64,000 bases of DNA from NCBI GenBank assembly GCA_045580835.1, contig JAZNOM010000024.1, positions 410 through 64,409 of the forward strand, in the 5' to 3' direction. The stretch comes from Eubacteriales bacterium. GTDB lineage: Bacteria > Bacillota > Clostridia > Oscillospirales > CAG-272. Within the stretch, counting starts at the first letter, position 1; each line of letters begins with the position of its first letter. Positions 38,753-46,439 of the stretch are shown here, in pieces. The notes under the pieces were generated by a model. That model was not told where the DNA came from. It saw nothing but the letters and a program-made list of their open reading frames with translations, and did not search any database. The translations under genes were made by a program, and so were the position numbers.

Positions 38753-38766
38753 TATAGGAGTTTTTT

Positions 38767-39306
38767 ATGAAAAACGCAAAAGTTACCCTTGTTCCTTTAA
38801 CTAAAGATGATCGCGAACAGTTTATTTTAGACAACCAACTTGCATTTAAATACGGTGCTATGGAAGAGTTTGGACTACGCGACAACCACACTGAAGATGA
38901 CGGCGAGATAATCTCACGAAAAACAATTGAAGAATGTATTGATGCCGAAAATTCGGAAACCTATCGCATCGTGTCAAACAATGAATTTGTTGGTGGCGTT
39001 ATACTCAAAATCGACCGAAATACCAATCACAACCACCTTGAAATTCTCTTTGTTTCTCCAACCGTACATAGCCGAGGAATTGGCTATGGTGCATGGCAGG
39101 CAATTGAAGCGCTCCACCCCGAAACAAAGGTTTGGGAAACCTGCACGCCGTATTTTGAAAAACGCAATATTCATTTTTATGTTAACAAATGTGGATTTCA
39201 AATTGTAGAATTCTTTTGCGAGTACAATGCCGACACTAATGCTCCCAAAGGAGAAAAAGCTGATGTCCCAGATGAAATGTTCAGGTTTATAAAGGTAATG
39301 AAATAA
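38767..39306 (+). CDS. GNAT family N-acetyltransferase
   Basis: 179 aa. Acetyl-CoA motif A region LFVSPTVHSRGIGYGAWQAIE (Q/R-x-x-G-x-G/A). C-terminal FY.K.GF. Confidence 0.85.
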   Translation: MKNAKVTLVPLTKDDREQFILDNQLAFKYGAMEEFGLRDNHTEDDGEIISRKTIEECIDAENSETYRIVSNNEFVGGVILKIDRNTNHNHLEILFVSPTVHSRGIGYGAWQAIEALHPETKVWETCTPYFEKRNIHFYVNKCGFQIVEFFCEYNADTNAPKGEKADVPDEMFRFIKVMK

Positions 39307-39322
39307 TACTGTAGAGGATAAA

Positions 39323-40657
39323 ATGGAAATTCAACTTTCGGAACACTTTACCTATAGAAAATTAATACGCTTTACACTTCCCTCAATCGCCATGATGATA
39401 TTCATGTCAATTTACGGTGTGGTTGACGGATTTTTTGTATCAAATTTTGCAGGCAAAACGCCTTTTGCCGCCGTTAATCTGATTATGCCTGTTTTGATGA
39501 TTTTGTCCACGGTGGGACTTATGTTCGGCACCGGTGGAACGGCAATTGTTTCAAGAACATTTGGAATGGGAAAGCACAAAGAGGCAAACCAATACTTTTC
39601 TCTCTTTGTATATGTTTCATTTGTTTTGGGGGTTATTTTTGCGATACTTGGAATTGTATTTATCCGCCCAATTGCAATGCTGCTCGGTGCAGAAGGCGAA
39701 CTGCTTGAAAACTGTATCGTATATTCACGAATTATTCTTGCCGCTCTGCCCCTCTGCATTTTGCAAATGCTGTTTCAAAGCTTCTTTGTCGCAGCCGAAA
39801 AGCCGCAACTTGGGCTTTGGATAACTGTTTTTTCGGGAATTACAAACATGGTGCTTGACGCAGTTCTCGTTATTCTTTTGCCTAAAGAATTAAAGCTTGC
39901 AGGTGCCGCAGTTGCAACTGCGGCAAGCCAGGTAGTCGGCGGTGCGCTTCCTATATTCTACTTCATGAGAAAAAACAGCAGTATTCTGCGACTTGTAAAG
40001 ACGCATTATGACGGCAAAGTAATTCTCCGCGCATGCACCAACGGCTCATCTGAATTTATGAGCAATGTTGCAATGAGTCTTGTCGGTATGCTTTATAATA
40101 TTCAGCTTTTCAAGTACGCAGGCGAGGACGGTATCGCCGCATACGGTGTTATGATGTATGTGAGCATGATTTTCTCTGCTGCATTTATCGGATATTCCAT
40201 CGGAACCGCACCGATAATCGGCTACAACTATGGTGCACAAAACCACACAGAACTTAAAAGCATGCTGCGAAAAAGTCTTTTTATGATCGCTGTATTCGGC
40301 ATTGCAATGACTGCTTCTTCGGAACTGCTTGCAACACCGCTGACGCAAATTTTTGTAGGCTATGACAAAGCTCTTATGGAACTTACCGTATCAGGATTTC
40401 ATATTTTTGCACTTTCATTTTTGCTTATGGGATTTGCAATTTTCTTTTCCGGCTTTTTCACCGCTCTCAGCGACGGTGTCACCTCTGCAATTATCTCGTT
40501 TTTGCGAACACTGGTTTTCCAAGCTGGAGCAGTATTGATTCTTCCCTTATTTTGGGAGATCGACGGCGTTTGGATTTCAATAGTTACAGCAGAGCTTATG
40601 GCGGTTATTTTTGGCGTAATATTCCTTATAGCAAAACGAAAAAAGTATAATTATTAA
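39323..40657 (+). CDS. MATE family efflux transporter
   Basis: 444 aa, about 12 TM helices. N-terminal LIRFTLPSI..MIFMSIYGVVDGFFVSNF.G is typical of MATE/MepA-like proteins. Confidence 0.9.
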   Translation: MEIQLSEHFTYRKLIRFTLPSIAMMIFMSIYGVVDGFFVSNFAGKTPFAAVNLIMPVLMILSTVGLMFGTGGTAIVSRTFGMGKHKEANQYFSLFVYVSFVLGVIFAILGIVFIRPIAMLLGAEGELLENCIVYSRIILAALPLCILQMLFQSFFVAAEKPQLGLWITVFSGITNMVLDAVLVILLPKELKLAGAAVATAASQVVGGALPIFYFMRKNSSILRLVKTHYDGKVILRACTNGSSEFMSNVAMSLVGMLYNIQLFKYAGEDGIAAYGVMMYVSMIFSAAFIGYSIGTAPIIGYNYGAQNHTELKSMLRKSLFMIAVFGIAMTASSELLATPLTQIFVGYDKALMELTVSGFHIFALSFLLMGFAIFFSGFFTALSDGVTSAIISFLRTLVFQAGAVLILPLFWEIDGVWISIVTAELMAVIFGVIFLIAKRKKYNY

Positions 40658-40661
40658 CATC

Positions 40662-40693
40662 AAAAAAGAGACGGCGTTGCCGTCTCTTTTTTA
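40662..40693. terminator. Bidirectional terminator between MATE (+) and prs (-)
   Basis: AAAAAAGAGACGGC-gtt-GCCGTCTCTTTTTT. Confidence 0.9.
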
Positions 40694-40695
40694 AT

Positions 40696-41829
40696 TTAGT
40701 TATTCTTTTCTGCCTGCTCGCGAGCATGCTTATCAATAAGCTTGTGAACGCGCTTTGCAGGGTTGAGAAGATTGCTGATAGTTGCATCGTGATTGAGAGT
40801 GTCGATAAGATATGCAACATACTTGCACATATTAACAGACTGATACCACTCTCTGGACTTGAGTTCTTCTTTGCCGTAAACGAGGTTGGTTGTGAAAATC
40901 TTGGTGAAAATGCCGTTTTCATAAGCCTCGTCAAACTTGTCAAGACCGTTGCAGAAAAGTCCGAATGTTGAGAATACGAAAATTCGGTTTGCACCCTTTT
41001 CCTTAAGCTGTATGCAAACATCGAGCATGGATTCGCCCGAAGAAATCATGTCGTCAACAACGATAACGTCCTTGCCGCTGAGGTCTCTGCCGAGGTACTC
41101 ATGTGCCTCAATAGGATTCTTGCCGTCAATAATTACCGAATAATTACGGCGCTTGTAGAACATACCGAGGTCAAGACCGAGAAGCGAAGAATAGAACATG
41201 CATCTGCTCATCGCGCCTTCATCGGGAGAAACAATCATAAGGCGGTCGTGAGTAAAGGAAACATCCGGAACTGCCTTTACAAGTGCCTTAATCATCTGGT
41301 AAGTAGGTCTGACATTGTCAAAACCGTGAAGCGGAATTGCATTCTGAATCTTGGGGTCATGAGCATCAAATGTGATGATGTTGCTTACACCCATATTTAC
41401 AAGTTCCTGAAGTGCGATTGCACAGTCAAGAGACTCGCGTGTGGAACGGTTATGCTGTCTGCCTTCATAAAGCATGGGCATAATTACAGAAATTCTGCGT
41501 GCCTTGCCTCCGATTGCGCTGATAATGCGCTTGATGTCCTGATAGTGGTCATCGGGGCTCATCGGTACGGTCATACCGTTCATCTTGTAGGTAACGCCGT
41601 AGTTGAATACATCGCAAATGATGTAAACGTCCTTACCGCGCATGGATTCGTGAATAAGTCCCTTTGCCTCGCCACTGCCAAATCTGGGGCAATCAGCCTG
41701 TGCGATATAGGTTTCATCCTCTACATGGCGGCGCCAGTCTTTTATGTAACTGTCAACCTCTTGAGTAAATGCTTCGCAACCGCGCATGCCGATTATGGCA
41801 AGATCTCCGTAAAAATTATCGTTCATCAT
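40696..41829 (-). CDS. prs: Ribose-phosphate pyrophosphokinase family protein (long, 377-aa paralog type)
   Basis: Motifs in Prs order: YEGRQHNR-like (Y..RQDR region), TFDAHD, VSPDEGA, VVDDMISSGES (PRPP-binding loop). Extra N- and C-terminal sequence relative to the roughly 315-aa canonical Prs. Confidence 0.8.
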   Translation of the reverse strand: MMNDNFYGDLAIIGMRGCEAFTQEVDSYIKDWRRHVEDETYIAQADCPRFGSGEAKGLIHESMRGKDVYIICDVFNYGVTYKMNGMTVPMSPDDHYQDIKRIISAIGGKARRISVIMPMLYEGRQHNRSTRESLDCAIALQELVNMGVSNIITFDAHDPKIQNAIPLHGFDNVRPTYQMIKALVKAVPDVSFTHDRLMIVSPDEGAMSRCMFYSSLLGLDLGMFYKRRNYSVIIDGKNPIEAHEYLGRDLSGKDVIVVDDMISSGESMLDVCIQLKEKGANRIFVFSTFGLFCNGLDKFDEAYENGIFTKIFTTNLVYGKEELKSREWYQSVNMCKYVAYLIDTLNHDATISNLLNPAKRVHKLIDKHAREQAEKNN

Positions 41830-42004
41830 GTCCTCCCAAAAAGTAGGTTTTGTTTTGCATACGATATTATTATAACATATTTTTCTAAAAAAACATAGAA
41901 AAAACAGATTTTTTGAATTTTTTTAGATTTTGCACAAAAGAAGTAATCTTTTTCGTGCAATTCCTATACTATTTACTATTACTACATTAACGAGAGGGCT
42001 ATCT

Positions 42005-42424
42005 ATGAACAACAAAATCCCGAAAGAATACACTGCCGTCGGTACACTTATTGTTTCGGTTTACACCGCGGGCGGCGCAATTCCTATTGAAGGTGCACTT
42101 GTAACCGTTCGCGGCACAAGCCAAAACGGCTCCGGAGTTATATCGGTGCTTTACACAGACCAAAGCGGAAACACTCCGCGAATCTCCCTGCCTGCTCCAC
42201 CTGCATCCTCCTCCGAGTCACCGGGAAGTGCCACACCTTTTGCAACCTACAACGTTGAAGTTGACAAGGAAAACTTTTATCCGCGCAGCTTTATAAACGT
42301 GCCGATCTTTGCAGGAACAACATCAATACAACCTGCAAATTTAATCCCTAAAACAGAATATGAAGGTCAGGCAATTATCCCTAATAACGGCACGGTTACC
42401 GAAAGCCAAAATCCCGACCTATAA
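42005..42424 (+). CDS. Hypothetical protein, possibly a carboxypeptidase-regulatory-like beta-sandwich
   Basis: 139 aa from ATG 42005. GTLIVSVYTAGGAIPIEGALVTV...DQSGNT......Y.V.V.KE.F resembles the CarboxypepD_reg fold pattern. Precedes the SleC-like gene by 10 nt. Confidence 0.45.
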   Translation: MNNKIPKEYTAVGTLIVSVYTAGGAIPIEGALVTVRGTSQNGSGVISVLYTDQSGNTPRISLPAPPASSSESPGSATPFATYNVEVDKENFYPRSFINVPIFAGTTSIQPANLIPKTEYEGQAIIPNNGTVTESQNPDL

Positions 42425-42434
42425 GGAGAAAGAC

Positions 42435-43835
42435 ATGCCTACAGGAATCCCCACCATACCAGAAACCATAACCGTTCATCTCGGTGCGCCTTCATCGGAT
42501 GCACAGAATATTACAGTTCCGTTCATCGATTACATAAAAAATGTTGCATCAAGTGAAATCTATCCCACTTGGCCCGAAAGCGCCATAAGAGCCAATATTT
42601 ATGCGCAGATATCCTATGCGTTAAACAGAATCTATACCGAGTATTACAGAAGCCGCGGATATGATTTTGACATAACAAACAACACACAATTTGACCAGTT
42701 TTTTGTCCCCGACCGCGAATACTTTGAAAACATTTCGCAAATCGTTGATGATATTTTCGACAGCTACATTCGGCGTCAAGGTGCCGTTGAGCCGCTTTTT
42801 GCACAATACTGCGACGGTGTTCAGACACAGTGCGACGGCCTTTCGCAATGGGGCACGGTAACTCTTGCAGAAGAAGGGCTTGTACCTTATGAAATCCTAC
42901 AGGACTATTACGGAAACAATATCGACATTGTTACAGATGTTCCGCTTGCAGAGCCGGGCGCAAGTTTGCCGGGCGCGCCACTTGTTTTCGGCACGGGCAG
43001 CGATGCGGTACGTCAGGTTCAAATAAGGCTAAACCGTATTTCAAACAACTATCCTGCAATACCTAAGATTTCGCCGGTTGACGGATATTTCGGCGAAGAA
43101 ACAGAGGATGCCGTGCGCGAGTTTCAACGCATTTTCAATCTTGCGCAAGACGGCATTGTAGGACGGTCTACATGGTATGCAATTTTGCGCATTTATAACA
43201 GTGTAAAACGGCTTTCGGAGCTTAATTCCGAAGGTATAACGCTTGAAGAGGTTTCAAGACAGTATCCCGAAAATCTTGCCGAGGGCACAGAAGCCGAGGG
43301 AGTGCGATTATTGCAATATTTTTTGTCTTACATCTCTACATTCGTGCAGACAGTTCAGGCAACGCCTATTGACGGAATCTTCGGTCCGTCAACCACCGCG
43401 AGCGTGCGCAGTTTTCAGCAGGCATATTCACTGCCTGTAACGGGAGTGGTTGACGAGGTAACGTGGTACGAAATATACAATGTATATCAAGGGCTAATCG
43501 CTTCAATTCCACCGCGGTTTACCAATGGAAATATTGTTCCGTATCCAGGTTTTATTTTGCGAGTGGGAAGTGAAAACGACTATGTTTCGCTTGTACAAGA
43601 ATACTTAAATTATATCGCAAATACATATGACCAGATACCTACGGTCCCCGTTACGGGATATTTTGGCGCTTTGACATACAATGCGGTTGCCGCATTTCAA
43701 CGTCTTTTTGCAATAGAAGAAAGCGGCACTGTTGATCTTGAAACCTGGAATGCAATAACAGAAATTTACGAAGATTTATATAGCGGCAACACTACCAGCC
43801 CCGGTCAGTATCCGGGCTTTGATATAGGAGCTTAA
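42435..43835 (+). CDS. SleC-like spore cortex-lytic / peptidoglycan-binding protein (N-terminal SleC-type domain + 3 PG_binding_1 repeats)
   Basis: ITVHLG.P...A.N..VPFIDYIKNVASSEIYPTWPESAIRANIYAQISYALNRIYTEYYRSRGYDFDIT..TQFDQ.F; CDGLSQWGT. Then three repeats of the type V...Q..L..I....P.I..DG.FG..T..AV..FQ..F.L...G.V...TW. RBS AAGGAGA. Confidence 0.75.
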   Translation: MPTGIPTIPETITVHLGAPSSDAQNITVPFIDYIKNVASSEIYPTWPESAIRANIYAQISYALNRIYTEYYRSRGYDFDITNNTQFDQFFVPDREYFENISQIVDDIFDSYIRRQGAVEPLFAQYCDGVQTQCDGLSQWGTVTLAEEGLVPYEILQDYYGNNIDIVTDVPLAEPGASLPGAPLVFGTGSDAVRQVQIRLNRISNNYPAIPKISPVDGYFGEETEDAVREFQRIFNLAQDGIVGRSTWYAILRIYNSVKRLSELNSEGITLEEVSRQYPENLAEGTEAEGVRLLQYFLSYISTFVQTVQATPIDGIFGPSTTASVRSFQQAYSLPVTGVVDEVTWYEIYNVYQGLIASIPPRFTNGNIVPYPGFILRVGSENDYVSLVQEYLNYIANTYDQIPTVPVTGYFGALTYNAVAAFQRLFAIEESGTVDLETWNAITEIYEDLYSGNTTSPGQYPGFDIGA

Positions 43836-43836
43836 C

Positions 43837-44358
43837 ATGACATATCAAAACGATGATATAAGGCAAGCTATTATGCAGATACAGAGTTTTCTGCGGGATT
43901 TGCAGATTTCAGGCGACAGCAATGTTACGGTACCGGTTGACGGGATTTACGATGAGGTAACCGCCGAGGCGGTACGAAAATTTCAAAGTGAAAACTCATT
44001 GCCTGTTACGGGTGTCGTTGACAAAACAACCTACGATTTGCTATACGAAAAAGCGCTCGAAATTGAGTTTGAACAAAGCGAGCCGCTTCCTATTTATATT
44101 TTCACTAAAGGTCAATCTGTTGCACGCGGTGAGGAAAGTGATTTCGTTATGTTTTTGCAGATAATACTCAATGCGCTAACCATTGCATATGATGACTTTG
44201 AGCCGCTTGAACTAAACGGTATTTACGGCGAAGAAATGGAAAATGCAGTACGGCTTTTTCAAATGCGCAACAACATACCTGCAAATGGTATTGTTGACAA
44301 GCTGACATGGAATGCGCTCGTAAACAATTACAACAAGCATGGCATGCAAAATCAGTAG
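43837..44358 (+). CDS. Peptidoglycan-binding domain protein (2 PG_binding_1 repeats)
   Basis: VDGIYDEVTAEAVRKFQSENSLPVTGVVDKTTYDLL and LNGIYGEEMENAVRLFQMRNNIPANGIVDKLTWNAL. Confidence 0.75.
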   Translation: MTYQNDDIRQAIMQIQSFLRDLQISGDSNVTVPVDGIYDEVTAEAVRKFQSENSLPVTGVVDKTTYDLLYEKALEIEFEQSEPLPIYIFTKGQSVARGEESDFVMFLQIILNALTIAYDDFEPLELNGIYGEEMENAVRLFQMRNNIPANGIVDKLTWNALVNNYNKHGMQNQ

Positions 44359-44397
44359 AAAAATCGCAAAAAACTTAAAAAACACGCAAAAAAGCAA

Positions 44398-44426
44398 GAA
44401 AAGTGCGGCAAAACCGCACTTTTTGC
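44398..44426 (+). terminator. Rho-independent terminator
   Basis: AGTGCGG-caaaa-CCGCACT followed by TTTTT. Confidence 0.85.
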
Positions 44427-44432
44427 TTTAAG

Positions 44433-44465
44433 TTTGACCATTTTTGACTTTGACTATTTTTGACT
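44433..44465 (+). promoter_or_regulatory. Two tandem CtsR operators (four heptad repeats)
   Basis: TTTGACC-ATT-TTTGACT (44433-49) and TTTGACT-ATT-TTTGACT (44449-65). The reverse complement matches the CtsR consensus (A/G)GTCAAA-NAN-(A/G)GTCAAA exactly. Confidence 0.9.
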
Positions 44466-44478
44466 TTTGTTTTACAAT
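44450..44478 (+). promoter_or_regulatory. Sigma-A promoter of the ctsR-mcsA-mcsB-clpC operon, overlapped by the CtsR operators
   Basis: TTGACT (44450-55), 17-nt spacer, TACAAT (44473-78). Confidence 0.7.
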
Positions 44479-44513
44479 ACAAGCGTAAGATGCAAAAGAA
44501 AGAGGTGAAAATT

Positions 44514-44966
44514 ATGCTTATTTCCGATTCCATTGCCGCATTTATCGACGAAATGCTTACCGACTGCGGAGGTACACTTGAAATAAAGAGAAACGACCTT
44601 GCAAAACGTCTTGGCTGTGTGCCAAGCCAGATAAACTATGTTGTTGCTTCTCGCTTTACGCCCGAAAAAGGTTATATAATCGAAAGCCGCAGAGGCGGCG
44701 GCGGATACATCCGCATTATCCGCAAGGTTATGAGCGAGGATGACCTTTTGATGAAATTCTTTAATGTTTCAAAGAGCGGCATTTCCGAACGCGATCTTGA
44801 GGAAATTCTCGAAACGCTATATTCTTCCGATATGATTACTGCGCGGGAGGCGCGTTTTGTCCGTGCGTGTCTTTCACAAACGGCGCTCTCTTCCCTGCCG
44901 CGCGACGTTCAGAACACCGTTCGCGGTGACAGTTTTTGCAATATGCTATTAACTCTTATGAGGTGA
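44514..44966 (+). CDS. ctsR: Transcriptional repressor CtsR
   Basis: ISDSIAAFIDEML......LEIKRNDLA..LGCVPSQINYV...RFT...GY..ESRRGGGGYIRI. RBS AGAGGTGA. Confidence 0.96.
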   Translation: MLISDSIAAFIDEMLTDCGGTLEIKRNDLAKRLGCVPSQINYVVASRFTPEKGYIIESRRGGGGYIRIIRKVMSEDDLLMKFFNVSKSGISERDLEEILETLYSSDMITAREARFVRACLSQTALSSLPRDVQNTVRGDSFCNMLLTLMR

Positions 44967-44970
44967 TTAA

Positions 44971-45453
44971 ATGATTTGTTCAAAATGCAAAAGCAATACT
45001 GCAAGCTTTTTCTATACACAAAACATCAACGGCAAAGAAACGTCGGTTGCGCTTTGCCACGATTGCGCCGCAGGTGCAGGTATTGGTACAAGTATGGTTT
45101 CTCCGCTTTTTAACTCCTTTTTCACAAAAGTAAAAGCAGCAGAAAAGCCCAACACGCCTACTAAAAAATGCAATCTTTGCGCACTGACATTCAGTGACAT
45201 ACTCTCAATGGGCAAGGTTGGTTGTCCCGAATGCTATAATACTTTTAAAGAAGAGCTCGGCGACACCATTCGCTCTATCCACGGAACTGCAAAGCATGTC
45301 GGACTTACGCCTGCGGGCACGGAAATAGTAAAAAAAGAGTTAACTGAAGAAGAAATCCTGCGCGACAAGCTGGCAGAAGCAATCAAAGTAGAAAACTATG
45401 AAGAAGCCGCGGCTATCCGCGACAAAATCAAGGCACTTAAGGGGGAAGGCTGA
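44971..45453 (+). CDS. mcsA: McsA (protein-arginine kinase activator, UvrB/C-motif protein)
   Basis: Two Cys pairs (CSKC..CHDC and CNLC..CPEC) and a C-terminal UVR motif (L...L..AI..E.YE.AA..RD.I..L). Confidence 0.88.
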   Translation: MICSKCKSNTASFFYTQNINGKETSVALCHDCAAGAGIGTSMVSPLFNSFFTKVKAAEKPNTPTKKCNLCALTFSDILSMGKVGCPECYNTFKEELGDTIRSIHGTAKHVGLTPAGTEIVKKELTEEEILRDKLAEAIKVENYEEAAAIRDKIKALKGEG

Positions 45454-46424
45454 TGAAAAACGATGTAATTTTGCGCAGCCGTGTGCGAATTGCGAGAAAT
45501 ATCAAAGACTACCCTTTTCCTCCTGCACTGAACGATACATGCAGAAAAGAAATAATCGAAAAAGTTTCGTCTGCCGCAATTCAAAACGGTTTTACAGAAG
45601 AGCCCTGCGTTTCAAATTCTGTAAAAGCGCACACTCTTTATGAAAAAAACCTTATCAGTCGTGAATTTGCCACCGATAAAGAAAGGCACGCTCTTTTGGC
45701 AAACGAAGCCAAAGAAACATATATCATGGTATGTGAAGAAGACCATCTGCGCATACAGAGTTTTGCAGACGGTCTTGACCTAGATAGCGCAGGCAAGCAT
45801 GCACTTGAATGCGAACGAATTCTTGCGGCAAAAATAAACTTTGCTTTCGACAGTGAGCTAGGTTATCTTACACGATGTCCTACCAATCTCGGCACGGCTA
45901 TGCGGGCATCGGTTATGATGTTTTTGCCTGCATTGTCCATGCTGAACCGCATGGGAGATGTTAAATCGCAGCTTGAAAAAATAGGTATCACCATTCGCGG
46001 AATGTACGGCGAAGGCTCGGCGGCGGATGCATACATGTATCAGATATCCAACCGCCTTTCGCTCGGTCACAGTGAAGAAGATTTGTTGCGAAAAACAGAA
46101 ACTGTTGCAAAGCAAATTGCAACCGACGAAAGAAATGCGCGTACTGCCCTTTTTGATGCCAACATAGACAAGCTGACAGATAAAGTAATGCGTGCACTTG
46201 GTACACTGAAATATGCACATATCATTTCAAGCAAAGAGTTTTTAGACTGCTTTGCTCATGTGCGGCTTGGCATTGCACTTGGTATCATTGATGAGATAAA
46301 AGACCTTGACACGCTTCTATGCGAAGCAATGCCGGCACACATATTAATGGCAAACGGCGATGTAGCCAATAATGCAAATACACGCGATATTCTTCGCGCG
46401 AATACTATAAAAAGTATACTTTGA
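45453..46424 (+). CDS. mcsB: Protein arginine kinase McsB (ATP:guanido phosphotransferase family)
   Basis: SRVRIARN....PF, CEEDHLRIQ, CPTNLGTAMRASVM.. At 323 aa it is somewhat shorter than B. subtilis McsB. TGATG overlap with mcsA. Confidence 0.9.
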   Translation: MKNDVILRSRVRIARNIKDYPFPPALNDTCRKEIIEKVSSAAIQNGFTEEPCVSNSVKAHTLYEKNLISREFATDKERHALLANEAKETYIMVCEEDHLRIQSFADGLDLDSAGKHALECERILAAKINFAFDSELGYLTRCPTNLGTAMRASVMMFLPALSMLNRMGDVKSQLEKIGITIRGMYGEGSAADAYMYQISNRLSLGHSEEDLLRKTETVAKQIATDERNARTALFDANIDKLTDKVMRALGTLKYAHIISSKEFLDCFAHVRLGIALGIIDEIKDLDTLLCEAMPAHILMANGDVANNANTRDILRANTIKSIL

Positions 46425-46439
46425 ATGGAGGATGTTTAA

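Noticed and set aside
38627-38770. 47-codon ORF (MQAIIGGQYTVV...) spanning the GNAT-MATE leader, considered as a possible leader peptide.
   Set aside because: Its ATG lies inside the -10 hexamer, so it would not be transcribed from that promoter. It has no Shine-Dalgarno sequence and it runs through the terminator.
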